In this document: piece by piece, positions 36,370-47,900 of the stretch
How the letters are laid out: each line of letters starts with the position of its first letter
Position numbering within the stretch: the stretch's first letter is position 1
NCBI GenBank assembly: GCA_963749655.1
Contig: CAVVOB010000024.1
Span: 1-64,000 of the forward strand
DNA from: Nitrospirota bacterium
GTDB lineage: Bacteria; Nitrospirota; UBA9217
Length of the DNA: 64,000 nucleotides
Direction: 5' to 3'
Notes under the pieces: model-generated
Told to the model about the DNA's origin: nothing
The model's input: the letters and a program-made list of their open reading frames with translations, nothing else
Databases searched by the model: none
Translations under genes and position numbers: made by a program

Positions 36370-37159
36370 CTATCCATAGAATGCCGCCGTCATGACCGTA
36401 TCGAGCACGATGATCGCGAGCGTGGACGAAACCACGGAAAGCATCGTCGCCTTTCCCACTTCCTCTGCCCCGCCCTCGACGACAAGTCCGCGATAGCAGC
36501 CGATCATGACGATCACGGACGGCAAAAACCACGGCTTTGAACATGCCCGAATAGACATCCCTGAACAGAAGGACCTCGAGCGTTTCACGCACATAGGTGT
36601 CCGGCCTGATGCCGAGTCGCGTCGAACCGAACAGAAACCCGCCGAACAGCGGCGGTAAAGCTCGCCAAGCAGGGTAAGCGCCGGCAGCGCGATGAGCATA
36701 CCGATAAATCGCTGCACCACAAGGTAGCGGACCGGGTTGATCGCCATGGTCTCGAGCGCGAGGATCTCCTCGGAGACCTTCATGGTCCCTATCCTGGCAG
36801 TAAACGCCGCCCCCACCCTGCCCGCAACGATCACCGCCGTGATCAGCGGGCCTATTTCCCGAAAGATGGCGACCGCGACAAACCCGGGCATGTAGTTTAG
36901 CCGCCGATCTCCTTCAGCTGGAATGAAATGAGCACCGTCAGGGCAATGCCGAGGAGGGCGGCGACAACCAGAACGAGCGGCAGCGACCGGGCGCCGATCT
37001 CGTCCACCTGCTCGAGCAGCCGGCCTGTTTTCGTTTTTTCCGGTCGAAGAGAAGTACTTCCGACTGGACAATCGTTTCACGGAACAGGTAAAAGAGGCTC
37101 GAAAGGTCCTGAAGGAACGTAATAAACGCCCTGCCGATATAACCGAAAAAATTTTTCAC
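36370..37159 (-). CDS. mlaE: MlaE-type ABC permease (indels)
   Basis: REIGPLITAVIVAGRVGAA, GTMKVSEEILALE, GGAEEVGKAT. Confidence 0.87.
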
Positions 37160-37242
37160 TGACGGCTCCGTTCTCCTTACGATGCTTACCCCGGCGGATC
37201 GGGTCAATTTTTCCGTTTCCCATTCCGCACTCCGGACAGCGG

Positions 37243-37587
37243 CTACAATCCTGACACCGCATCATTCACCGATGGGAATATCTCGAACACGCGGCAAGCC
37301 GTGCAAGTTCAAAAACATCCCTGACCGGCGGGCTCAATTCAACAAGACGCAGCCGCATCCCTGTCTTCATACAGTTCTGCATCGCCTCGACCAGCGTTGC
37401 GATGCCCGAGCTGTCCATGTATCGTACCTGCGACAGGTCGATCACGAGCAGCCTTCATGCACGGATGACCCTGCCTGAACACCTGCCCAAACGCTCCGCA
37501 CGTCGGGGGACGAGTTCATGTCCACGTCGCCCTTGACCTTCACCAGAAATCCCGGACTGATCTTTTCTGTGTAATCTCAACTTTCAT
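37243..37587 (-). CDS. STAS anti-anti-sigma factor (RsbV/SpoIIAA-like; indels)
   Basis: VKGDVDMNSSPDVR, IDLSQVRYMDSSGIATLVE, VRDVFELARL. Confidence 0.8.
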
Positions 37588-38012
37588 GCGCTCACGCTGA
37601 GACCTCGTTTCTTCTTCTCGAGAGGGAGAACGCGTTCCCTGCTCGAGGGCCGGTATCGTACTCAACGGTATCAAAGACCGCGCCCATAAAATGCGTGCCT
37701 AGTCCGCCGGGCCGGACATCGTCAAGATCGCGCGGAGCGATCTTCGCAACATCGACCTTCTTGCCGAGTCGATGAGCCGAACGATGAACTGATCCCTACT
37801 GTCCTGTACGGTGATCGCGATGGTCTTTGTCGTATCCCCTGCGTAAGCATACTTAATGATGTTCGAGCAGGCCTCATCGACCGCCAGCACGATCTTTCGT
37901 GCGTTCTTTTTCGCAAAATCCGGCATCCACAGGCGAGCGGATACATGACGCTCCGTACAACATAGAGAAATTTCGGATGGCTCGGCACGGTAAGCGTCAC
38001 CGTCTCCGTCAT
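37584..38012 (-). CDS. Anti-sigma factor Ser kinase (RsbW-like HATPase; indels)
   Basis: LTVPSHPKFL, LAVDEACSNIIKYAY, RPGGLGTHFM. Confidence 0.8.
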
Positions 38013-39297
38013 TGCACCGCTCCAAAACAGACCAGGGTCATATCGTCGTGCTGCGGGCTCAGCGCCGGTAAACCGATTCACGTCCTCCACGATCGCAGCC
38101 TTCATGGCCTCGGGGTCCGCGGGGCTGACCTCGATGAGCGACTCAAACGCTCATAACCCGTACAGTTCTTCCCGGGCATTCATGGCCTCGATGATCCCGT
38201 CAGTATACAGAATGACCGTGTCACCCGGTTCGAGGGAAGCCGATTCCCTGGGTGAAACTGCATGCGGCAAGGATGCCGAGCGGAGCACTGCCTGCCGTGG
38301 GCAGTTTCCTGACCGAGCCATCCGCCTTTTTTATGAGCGGCGGCAAGTGGCCGGCGTTCGCCATGGTGAGGCGTCCCGTCTCTCCATCCAGCTCGATATA
38401 AAGCAGCGTAGCGAACATGCCCCGCCTGCTCCGTTCTGCAAGAAGATCGTTCAGCTTTGTCAGCGCCGCAGCGGGGTCCCCCTCGGTAAAAGCAAGCGTC
38501 CGCAGATCGCTGCCCAGTTTGGCCATATAGAGCGCAGCAGGCACTCCTTTGCCCGATACATCGCCGATCACGATACCCGTACGGCCCCGGTCGAGACGGA
38601 TGAAATCATAAAAATCCCCGCCCACTTCCTGGGCAGGCGTATAGTGGGCGCTGAACTTGTAAGCTCTGCACCTCGGCGCATGCTGCGGCAGAAAGCTTTC
38701 CTGGACCGTGCGGGCGAACTCCATGTCCTTGACGAGCCGCTGCTTCTCCATCAGGCTTTTGTGCATCTTTGGCGTTCTCGATGGCAATGGCGGCCATGCT
38801 GCACAGCGCGATGAACAGCTCAAGATCGTCGTGGTCAAAAGCGTTCCCGTCGAGCCGGTTGATCACCTGTGCAACGCCGGTAATGCGCTCTCCCATTTTG
38901 AGCGGCACCGCGATCATCGATTTCGTCCGGTACCCCGTTGCTTCGTCATGGCCGCGGAAAAACTTTGGGTGAGTATACACGTCCTCGAGCAGAAGAGGCT
39001 TTCCCGTCCTCGGCAACGGTACCGGCGATCCCCTGCCCCATCTTGAGCCGAAATTCCTGCTTCAGCTTCTCCCCAACTTCGCCCAGCGCGACCTGATAGA
39101 CCAGTTCGTTCGTCTTTTCATCGATCAGCATGAGGCTCGAGGCATCGGCATTCATTACCTGCTTGGAAATGGTCATCACGTTCTCAAGGATCTGGTCGAG
39201 ATTGAGCGATGAGCTGATAATTCCGTTCACCTCGATAAGCGTGGAAAGACGGCTGATCTTCAGTTCAAGACGGGCTATTTCGTGGACTATTTTGCAT
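38009..39297 (-). CDS. GAF plus PP2C/SpoIIE phosphatase (RsbU-like; indels)
   Basis: [52 protein letters not shown]. Confidence 0.85.
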
Positions 39298-39412
39298 AGG
39301 TTAAAAATAGCACAAGAAGGAGATGATGGTCAATGGGAAAGTGTGCGGAACTGAGTCGGCTGTCAGGCGTCAGGAGAAAGCGATGACGAGCAGGAAAAGC
39401 CTGCTCATACGT

Positions 39413-40677
39413 TCATCTCTCCCGACTTCCTGGCGCCTGACCCTGTTCAGCCGTCAACCTCCTGATTCTTTCCACCACCGGCGGATGGGAATAGTAGAAG
39501 CCCGCATACCACGGATGAGGGTGCAGATTGGACAGATTCTCTCGCGAAAGTTTCACCAGTGCCGAGGCCATGCTTCCGGATGGCCGGTCAGCTCGGAGGC
39601 AAACCGATCAGCCTCGTTCTCATCTCGCCTCGACAGGGAGCTGAACAGCGGGGTCAGCGGAAACATGGCAAGCGATCCTAAAAAACCGATGATCAGCGGC
39701 CGCGCATAAAAGGATGCCGTGAAAAGGCCAAGCAAGCCCGGCAGACCGTCCCAGTGAAATCAGGTGAAAGGCCGCAAACAACCCGACAAAATGCCATCAC
39801 TTCGGTCAGAACGATGCTTTTCAGAACATGCTGCTTCTTCCAATGTCCTACTTCATGGGCAAGAACCGCCAGGATCTCGTCCTGGGTCATCTGCTCGATC
39901 AAGCGTGTCGAACAACACGATCCGTTTGACCTTGCCGATGCCCGTGAAGTACGCATTGGAATGACGGCTCCGGCGGGAAGCGTCCATCTGAAACACACGG
40001 CTGACCTTGAGTCCGGCCCGCTCCATGAGCTGACGGATTCTGCTTTCCAGTCCTTCCGCTTTGACCGGTTCGATCTTGAAAAATAGCGGCTCAATGACAT
40101 AGGGCGATATAAACATCATAAAAATACCGAAGATCAGGAAAAAAGCCCAGACCCAGAGCCACCACCAGGAGGGACTGAGCCGGATGAGTTCGAGCACTGC
40201 GGCGGCTGCGGCAACGGACAAGATCGTCGAAACGGCAAGTGATTTCAGCAGGTCCGTGAACCACAGCCTCACGGTCATGGTATTGAACCCGAACCGGTTT
40301 TCGACCTTGAAGTTCTTATAAAGACTGAACGGGATATCGAGGATCGCCTCTCCAAAAAGAAGGACGAGAAAGAAAAGAATTCCCCCTCCCAGAAAAGAAG
40401 CGGTGACCGATGATAGCCAGAGGTCGTAGGCCCCCAAAAGGCCTCCGAAAAAGAACAGGGCGACGACTACATTGCCGGTGATCGACTCGATGATGTCGAC
40501 TTTGCTGGTTTCAAAGGTATATTCCGAGATTTTTTTCAGGTGTTCGGGGTCGATCACCCCGGCAAATTCAGGAGGAACGGTTTGGCCGTGCTGTTTTACA
40601 TGGTTCAAGTTCAGAAAAAGAAGCCAGTAGCGGAATGCAAGAATGAGCAGGTAAATTACGATCAGTATTTTAAACAT
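39413..40677 (-). CDS. M48 (Ste24/HtpX-like) membrane metallopeptidase (indels)
   Basis: RFGFN, DASRRSRHSNAYFTGIG, LAHEVGHW, ENEADRFA, YSHPP. Confidence 0.88.
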
Positions 40678-40683
40678 GAGTTC

Positions 40684-40712
40684 ATCTTACCGGCATTTCC
40701 CAGGGGCGTCAA
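40684..40712 (-). promoter_or_regulatory. Promoter for a probably leaderless M48 transcript
   Basis: TTGACG-N17-TAAGAT, 6 nt before the ATG; no SD. Confidence 0.6.
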
Positions 40713-40756
40713 GAAATGGATTGACGGAAGCGGAAAGGAGCCCAGCGCTCTGCGGA

Positions 40757-40996
40757 AAGAAAAAAACAAGGCGTCCCGATGATCATGGATGAGATTTCTC
40801 TCGTCGCTGCGGCATCGGAACGCCTATAGGACTGCACTATTGTTCGCTGGTGTTTTACCTGGTGATGTTCAGTACCCAAGGACCAAGGAGCATCGTGCTG
40901 GTTATCTATTGCGGCCTAATCTTGTTAGGGGGGGAAGAAGTACGCCGCAGTTGTGTCAGCCCCTCGTGTCTTGAGCCTGTCAATAGTGCAATCTCT
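40757..40996 (-). ncRNA. Candidate stand-alone structured ncRNA (~240 nt), family not recognised
   Basis: Promoter TTGACT-N16-TATGCT (41003-41030); 13-bp closing stem 40981-40993/40830-40842; nested internal stems; 3' stem 40813-40825/40769-40781 followed by a U tract. Confidence 0.55.
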
Positions 40997-41067
40997 ATCT
41001 AGAGCATAGCAAGCTACCACGTCAAGTCAATACATCTAAAGTTGTATTTTCTGGAGTTGCACTAAGT

Positions 41068-41751
41068 TTAAGTCATTGAATGTGATAGCAAAGCAATTGC
41101 TTTGGTCCTGCTCTTGACATTCAATTTCCTGTAAACCCGGTACAGATGCGTTTTTACCGTCCGTTCGCTGATACTGTTGCTGTCGGCAATCTCCCTGTTC
41201 GATGCTCCCTGCAAAACCATCGTAAGCACCTCCATTTCCTTGTTCGTCAATGGAGGCAGGCCGGGAATATGCAGTTGAAGCGTCTCGGGCAGCAGCATGG
41301 GATTGGATATCGCCTTTTCCAGAATTCGGCGCTCAGCCCAAATCTCGCCTGAGTGAACTGCGCGGATAGCCTTGATCATTGTTGCCGGCGAGTCTGCTAT
41401 TCTGAAATATCCTCGAATGCCGGCTTTAATATCAGCGATGATGTGCTCGTCAGCCGGATTCGCACTGAACAGATAGATGATCCTCGCCTGCGGCGACTTG
41501 GTCTGAACCGAACGGATGAACCGGGACAACGTGTGCCCTTTCAGAACATCGGGGTTCAAAATCAGGATGTCAAGAGTACCGGACAGTTGCTTTATCGCTG
41601 TTTCCCTTGTGGAAACCGTTGAAATAACGTCGATATCTTCTTCTCTTTTCAATACTGACGTGACCATCTGCGTTTCTGCAGAGTCATTGTCAGCTATCAT
41701 AACTCGGATGGGTAACACGGTAATATCCTCCATTCCTTGTGCAGCACTCAT
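41068..41751 (-). CDS. NarL/LuxR-family regulator with degenerate receiver domain
   Basis: HTH LTNKEMEVL...SNREIA...ISERTVKTHL; receiver has ILILN instead of Asp and GYFRI instead of Lys. Confidence 0.85.
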   Translation of the reverse strand: MSAAQGMEDITVLPIRVMIADNDSAETQMVTSVLKREEDIDVISTVSTRETAIKQLSGTLDILILNPDVLKGHTLSRFIRSVQTKSPQARIIYLFSANPADEHIIADIKAGIRGYFRIADSPATMIKAIRAVHSGEIWAERRILEKAISNPMLLPETLQLHIPGLPPLTNKEMEVLTMVLQGASNREIADSNSISERTVKTHLYRVYRKLNVKSRTKAIALLSHSMT

Positions 41752-41906
41752 TATAATGAGTATGACCTTTATTTATTATCCCTAATACTTATATTCTAAA
41801 AGATGCAACATGCGATGTCAAGCTCAGGACGATTAATTCGGAAAATAAGAGGGATCGTAGCCAGAAAAAGATATCAGGAAGTAATGATAGCACAAGACGA
41901 AGGAAA

Positions 41907-42488
41907 CTACGGAAGTTTTACTCCATATTCAAGCAGCATTTCAGCCAGCAAAGAGATCGGCAGTCCTACCACATTAAAGTAACATCCATCGATCCGTTCT
42001 ACGAGAAGCGCGCCCTTTTCCTGTATGCCATAGGCTCCGGCCTTGTCCAGCGGCTCTCCTGTTTTCACGTACCTGATGATCATATCCTTTGAGAGTCTCC
42101 GGAACCAAACCTTGGTTGTTGCAAGACGGGTCTGTGCTTTACCTGCTGCCGCGTCCATGACCGTCAGGCCGGTCATGACCAGATGCATTTTTCCTGACAG
42201 CTCGGTGAGCATCCGTTCCGCATCTCCTGAGTCCTGCGGCTTGCCGAGGATCGTGTCATCAAGAACCACAATGGTGTCTGCGGCGATGACAATGGCATGT
42301 CCGGCCCTTCCTGCCGCAACACGCGCCTTATCGAGCGCGACGCGCCGGGCATAGTCCCCGGCATTCTCGCCGGGCAGTGTGCGTTCGTCCACGTCAGCCG
42401 GGTCCTGCGTGAAGGTCAGGCCTATCTGGGTGAGGAGGTCCCGGCGACGTGGGGAATTTGATGCAAGGATTATTTTCCGGCTCATCAT
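41907..42488 (-). CDS. maf: Maf nucleotide pyrophosphatase
   Basis: LASNSPRR, ADTIV, GKP, DKAGAYGIQ, NVVGLP. Confidence 0.95.
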   Translation of the reverse strand: MMSRKIILASNSPRRRDLLTQIGLTFTQDPADVDERTLPGENAGDYARRVALDKARVAAGRAGHAIVIAADTIVVLDDTILGKPQDSGDAERMLTELSGKMHLVMTGLTVMDAAAGKAQTRLATTKVWFRRLSKDMIIRYVKTGEPLDKAGAYGIQEKGALLVERIDGCYFNVVGLPISLLAEMLLEYGVKLP

Positions 42489-42666
42489 GCGGGCTGTTCT
42501 TTGCGTAATTTGAAGCTATATTCAGCGAACGGTTTATTTGGCGATATCTTATGATGTTCGACAGGTTTCGTCAAGATTTATCGGGGTCCCCTCGCCTCAA
42601 TTTTCCGAGGGAAGTGAAGCGAGGGGCAAAACAGCAGACATCCGAGCGCAACAGTCCTAAAAGGCA

Positions 42667-43146
42667 TCAGGAACTGATCCGTACCCTCCCGGTGGTTGCG
42701 ATCGTAACTTTGACCGCAGCAACTCCGGCATCATTAAGTATTGAGATCGTCCCGGCATTGGATGTGCCGTTCGTATTCAAGTAGACAGGGTTTACGTTGG
42801 TAGCAACATTCGCGTCGAATGGTTGCCAGTCGCAAACTACAGTACCCCACTCATTGCTTCCGCTTGCGCGATTTCCCCGGGTGATGCGGTACCTCCTGGT
42901 TGTTATTTCGATTTCCACTCTATGCTCCACATTGGATGAGATTGCCTTACTTCGCGTTTCGCGAAGTACATTCATCATCTTCCGGGCAGCTGCTTTGTAT
43001 TCCGCGTTCTTACCCCATGACCCGATATTGACTGCTCCTACAGTGAAAAGGACAGCAATGACAGCCAAAGCAACAATCATCTCGACGAGCGTGATACCGC
43101 GAAAATTCCCAATACCTTGTCCTGAATTCTCCAGTTCCCGTTTCAT
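42667..43146 (-). CDS. FimT/FimU (GspH-like) minor pilin
   Basis: Prepilin motif RG|ITLVEM; C-terminal TGRVR. Confidence 0.8.
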   Translation of the reverse strand: MKRELENSGQGIGNFRGITLVEMIVALAVIAVLFTVGAVNIGSWGKNAEYKAAARKMMNVLRETRSKAISSNVEHRVEIEITTRRYRITRGNRASGSNEWGTVVCDWQPFDANVATNVNPVYLNTNGTSNAGTISILNDAGVAAVKVTIATTGRVRISS

Positions 43147-43491
43147 ACAATCCTCCTTTGTGAAGTACAGAATGCGAATTGATGCTGGTCCATTCTTATC
43201 AAAGGAGGACTATTGTCCGATAACGAAATGCAATCTATTTTGGTTTTACATTATTATTCCTGCATATTTCGGATCTGAGGGGAGTACCTCTGGAAAAAAA
43301 GAAGTATATAAACAACAAGAAGATAGGCTTAATCAACGCAAGAACGAATGGACCTTTTGTGAAGGGATTTTTTGCTGCTTAATCGGTCTGCGGCAGGCAT
43401 GATGAAATAACGAGAGTGAAATAATATCGAACTTGAGCGCAATACGTCCAATCGTTCGAAAATCATTTAACGATAATTTCTGTACGGAACT

Positions 43492-43980
43492 TCAGTGAGG
43501 GCCGTCTACCCGAATCGCACCCGTGGTTTCGACAATTACCGTAAACTTGTTGCCCGCCTCATAATCTTGAATGTTGATCGCTCCCGGAATGCTTGATGCA
43601 CCGTTAGGCGTAAATTGAATTGCTGCTGTCGTTGTCGTGGCAACTGATACAGTCGTATTATACGGAGTCCATTGTGTGATCGTAGCAGAGCTCATCAGCC
43701 CATTGCCGTAAGCACGCCCACCCTTCTGCCAGCCGTATCTCCTGTTGGCTGCATCGAAAAAAACCTGATGCTCCCGATTTTTCGATATTGCCTCGCTCTT
43801 CGCACGTCTCAGCATGGAAACTATGTCCCGCGCGACCTGCCGGTCCTTCATGCTGTTTCGCATCTGGACAAAGGAAGGCACCGCTATGGCGGTGACTATG
43901 GCAATGATTGATACAACAAACAGCATTTCCGGCAGCGTAAGCCCTTTTGCCGAGCGCGACATCATTGCGCTGTAACTCAT
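43492..43980 (-). CDS. FimT/FimU (GspH-like) minor pilin
   Basis: KG|LTLPEM, AVPSF, FTPNG, TGAIR. Confidence 0.82.
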   Translation of the reverse strand: MSYSAMMSRSAKGLTLPEMLFVVSIIAIVTAIAVPSFVQMRNSMKDRQVARDIVSMLRRAKSEAISKNREHQVFFDAANRRYGWQKGGRAYGNGLMSSATITQWTPYNTTVSVATTTTAAIQFTPNGASSIPGAINIQDYEAGNKFTVIVETTGAIRVDGPH

Positions 43981-44876
43981 TTTCCTTCTCCTGTGGGCAT
44001 CTTGATGGTAAGGGTGTACTTCTGTAGAGATTTCATTCCATCCGGGTCCTGCGCGACGATTTGGATATCATGCGCTCCTGCGGATTTTTCGTTCAAGATC
44101 CACGTGATCAGTCCGCTATTCTTGTCTATCGTCATCCCCTCGGGAGCAGCGGCAAGGGAATACCCGATCCGGTCTCCATCGGGGTCCTCAGCCGTCACCT
44201 GGTATTCATAGGTTTCTCCCTGAAAATCCGTCGGAGGTGAGGACGTAATCTGAGGTGGCATATTTGGATAAACCGGATTTTGAGAGACATAAGCCGGCCC
44301 TTCGCCTTCCAAGTCATAAGGTATTATCCGAAGAAGTACGTCGTCACCTTTCATTATTTTCGCACGGGGGAATACCGGAGAATCATCGAAGAGGTCATTG
44401 CCGTTCACGATCCATTGATAGCGGAATTGGACCTCATCTCCGTCCGCGTCGAAAGCAACGGGCTTCATAACGATGTCCTGGCCGTTCTTGGCGGCTTCAA
44501 CGGAAACAACACGTGGCAGACTGTTGGCGATCCTAACCTTGACGGTGCCCTCAGATCCGCCGGCTGTTACAGTCACGGCAATGGTGTCGCCTTTTACAAA
44601 ATTTTCTTTAGCCAGATTTTCCGTCTGCACCCCGTCGAACGGCCGGCCATTCTTTTTCCATTGGTAGGAAACCTGGCCCTGGCCGGAAAAAACCGCCTGC
44701 AGGTCCGACGCTGCCGTAGGTACTTCCGGGATGATTTTTACTCCGAGAGCACCCGACGTTTGTTGCGCGCGGCTGCTCCCGGAAGCGTTGTCCAGGGCGG
44801 AACCGCTTTCTTTCCTGGTGCAGCCAAAGGACAACAGCAGCATACAAAATAATAGAAGAGCTATGTTCTTAATCAT
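43977..44876 (-). CDS. Lipoprotein with tandem Ig/cadherin-like domains (cassette B)
   Basis: Lipobox SFGC; NSLP, DADGD, NMPP, AEDPDGD, PEGMTID..SGLITW. Confidence 0.75.
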   Translation of the reverse strand: MIKNIALLLFCMLLLSFGCTRKESGSALDNASGSSRAQQTSGALGVKIIPEVPTAASDLQAVFSGQGQVSYQWKKNGRPFDGVQTENLAKENFVKGDTIAVTVTAGGSEGTVKVRIANSLPRVVSVEAAKNGQDIVMKPVAFDADGDEVQFRYQWIVNGNDLFDDSPVFPRAKIMKGDDVLLRIIPYDLEGEGPAYVSQNPVYPNMPPQITSSPPTDFQGETYEYQVTAEDPDGDRIGYSLAAAPEGMTIDKNSGLITWILNEKSAGAHDIQIVAQDPDGMKSLQKYTLTIKMPTGEGK

Positions 44877-44947
44877 ATTTTCTGAGCGGCGACAGGGCGC
44901 CTCATGCCTCGTACGTGAAGTCAGCTTTGATATTCCTCTCTCAGATA

Positions 44948-47900
44948 TTACTTTTGCCTCCAGTAGATTTGCTGAGAGGGAAGATACCGTCCCAATCCGG
45001 AATCGAGGCAAGAGATACCTCCGCCGCTCCCGATACACACCCTATCGCCGATCACCACCGGCGAGGACGGGATGCCGGTCCCCACCGAACGTTTCCGGTC
45101 TGTTCTTATAAGCACTGTACTGTCGCCATGTCCGCCCGAACGGGTGTCGCTTTGGTTAATTCCTCCGAAGTTATGAAGAAGATCTCCTGCCCCCCGGGCG
45201 TGGCAAACTGGTTAAACGATAAACTTGATAAATTCGACGACGTGTCGTTCGACGCATCGAAATTCGCGATCGCCATTCCCGAATCCGAGTCCAGCAGATA
45301 AAGTGCCGCCATCCCAAGATTGCCCTGGCAGACGGTCGAGGTGTCCGTAACCGCTGAAATAATCGGCGAATACGTAGTCATCATGAGTTTGCCCTGAACA
45401 AGAGCGGGCGCTGCAAGCACTTTTTCCCCGGGGTAGGCGACGGTCGGACTTCTGTCCTGTCCGTCAAGTCTGATATACCAGCCGTAATAGGTCGTGTCAT
45501 TCGGGTCATCCGCCTGGTTGAGCTTTGTTATCATGTCGTTCACTCCCGACATATCTGTGCTGGTCTGTATCTGATCCGTGGTGACATCGATCAGCTTTCC
45601 TTCGGTTATGAACGACGACTGCCCCTTGTCTATTACTTCATACATTCTGTCGATGACCGCCCGGTTCAGTGGATGTTCCCGGTCGCCGGTGCCGAAAAAC
45701 AGGCGCACTTTGAAATTGTTGTCAACATAACCGACGGGACGGTAAAATATCTTCCGTCCATTGGTCCCGTCCGATCCGGGATTGGAGCTGAATATCTTGG
45801 TCGCCGTCCAGTCACTCGTAGTGGTACTCGAAATATTGAACCGCCAGAGGTTTCCGCCGGTGTCACCTGTATAAATGCGGTCTACATATCCATTTCCGTC
45901 AGTGTCCAGGATAAGCAGTTCACTTGGGATGGAAAAGGATGGTAAACTGAACGTCTTGAGGATAGTCGGAGAGCTGTTCGGCGTAAAGCTCGTGGAGGTT
46001 ATTGTCCCGAGATCCAGGACGTAGAGCGCCCTCCCCTTGTAATTTGCCGAGGAAATAGCGGCTACGGCGTTGGTGCCGGTGCTCGTGACTACATCGTCGT
46101 CCGCTGTTACCAGGAGACCTACACACGATGTCGTCGGAAAGGTCTGGATATTGCCGTACCGGTAGTCTTCATTGCAGTTATCGTAGCCGCCGCCGAAGAA
46201 CACGGCTATTTTATCCGTCGTGCCGGTCTTGACCTTTGCGATCTTCGGTTCACTCCACGTTTCTCCGACGCCCGAATCCGTGGCGCTCGAGAATTTCCAC
46301 ATATAAACCGGTGCTGTCGGTGTCGACACATCGATCGCGTAATAGTAGCCTTGCGACGGTTCGGCGTCGGTCCCGCCGCCCCGCCGCAGTCCAAATACGA
46401 GGATCACCTTGTCGCCGTTGCCCGTGTCGATGTTGCCGTCGCCTCTTTTATTAAACACGTAAGCGGTAACGGTGGTATCGACAAAATAGGTATGAACATT
46501 GCCCGTCAGATACTGGAGCCTGGGAAGAAGGTCAGGAGGGATGAAGGCCCATGCCTCGCTGCCGTCCCAATCGTTGATGGCATGCAGCATGCCGTCGTTC
46601 GTTCCGACAAAAATCATGGTTTTATTCTGGGCGGAATCCGACTCGTTGGCCGTGCTGAACGAATACGTCGCATAACTCACTACAAGAGGCTTCGAATGAA
46701 GCACGTCGCCGAAGATCCATCCCCTTTTTTGCAGGGGCGCGCTGCCGGTGCCCGTGCTGTACACATCAAAGCCGTGGACATAGTTGATGAGCTTCTTTAT
46801 ATCCGTGTCCGTCGAGGTTGTAATGATCTCCCCGGGCAGGCCGAGCAGCGATGCGGTAATATTGCTGATATTCTGCGTGCGGAACAAGTTTGTGTCGTCG
46901 GTCAAGTTGTTTGACGCGGCTATCTTGGAGAATATCAATCTCGGGTTGGTGCCGCTGATATCCGACGTCACTTTGGAAGAGGAATTGACATAGAGATAAA
47001 AATTTCTCGATCGCAGCAACGCTCCCACGCCGCCTGATTTTACATCTCCGCCGTCCGCTATATCGGCCCCCCAGAACGAATGCGCGGAAATGGACGGCGT
47101 ACTTGCGGATCGTATGGAACCGTCAAACTCCTTACTGGACATCACGGCCCCGTCCCGATCGTCACGTTTATCGCTGTCCGAGTCCACGAATGTCGCGAAA
47201 TCACCGTGTCTGTCGACGATGCTCGTTACGGACGTGGTCGGGTCCGTAGACAAGGCGAATTTTTTCAGATTGCCGCTCCAGAATCCGGTGCCTTCCGGTC
47301 TGAAAAAGCCCATAAACACCCTGTTCCCGAGATCGGCCCGGTTTGTGGGGTTGACCGGGACCACCGGCGCCACAAAACTTGAGTTCTCGCTCACGATATT
47401 GGCAATAATTTCGCTGAGGGCGTTGGAAAGGGTGACGGCGTCATTTGCGTTGTACGCTGTGCCGCGGCCGTGCGAACTGTCCGCAGTCGTGTTCAAAAGG
47501 GTCTGCCCTGTGCCGGTGATTCCGAATCCGATCGTGTACGTGCTGACGTTATTTGAGTTTGTGCCGGTCGCTCCCGTCAGCATGTCGTGCTCGTACATCC
47601 ATTTCGCGACACTGGGCAAAGAGTTAGCAGATGGATTGGTACCGATAATATTTGCGATTGCCGTATTGGGGTCTGCTACGTTTGAGCCGTTTGGCTTTTT
47701 GAAATCGTCGGCAGTCGGTTCTCCATCGGACACGAATATGACATAGTTTTTCTGACAGGCGTAGTCGATCGGTGAAGTGTAATGCCCGCCCGTGACGCCG
47801 ATCGTGCTGTCGAAGGCCGGCGCCCCCCCCTGGAAATAGCGCATGGCTTCATAAAGCGTTTCGCCAAGGGGAGTGTACCCCATACTGTCCAGAGTCAACG

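Noticed and set aside
40830-40993. Retron msr-msd interpretation of the structured RNA
   Set aside because: No reverse transcriptase gene in the window
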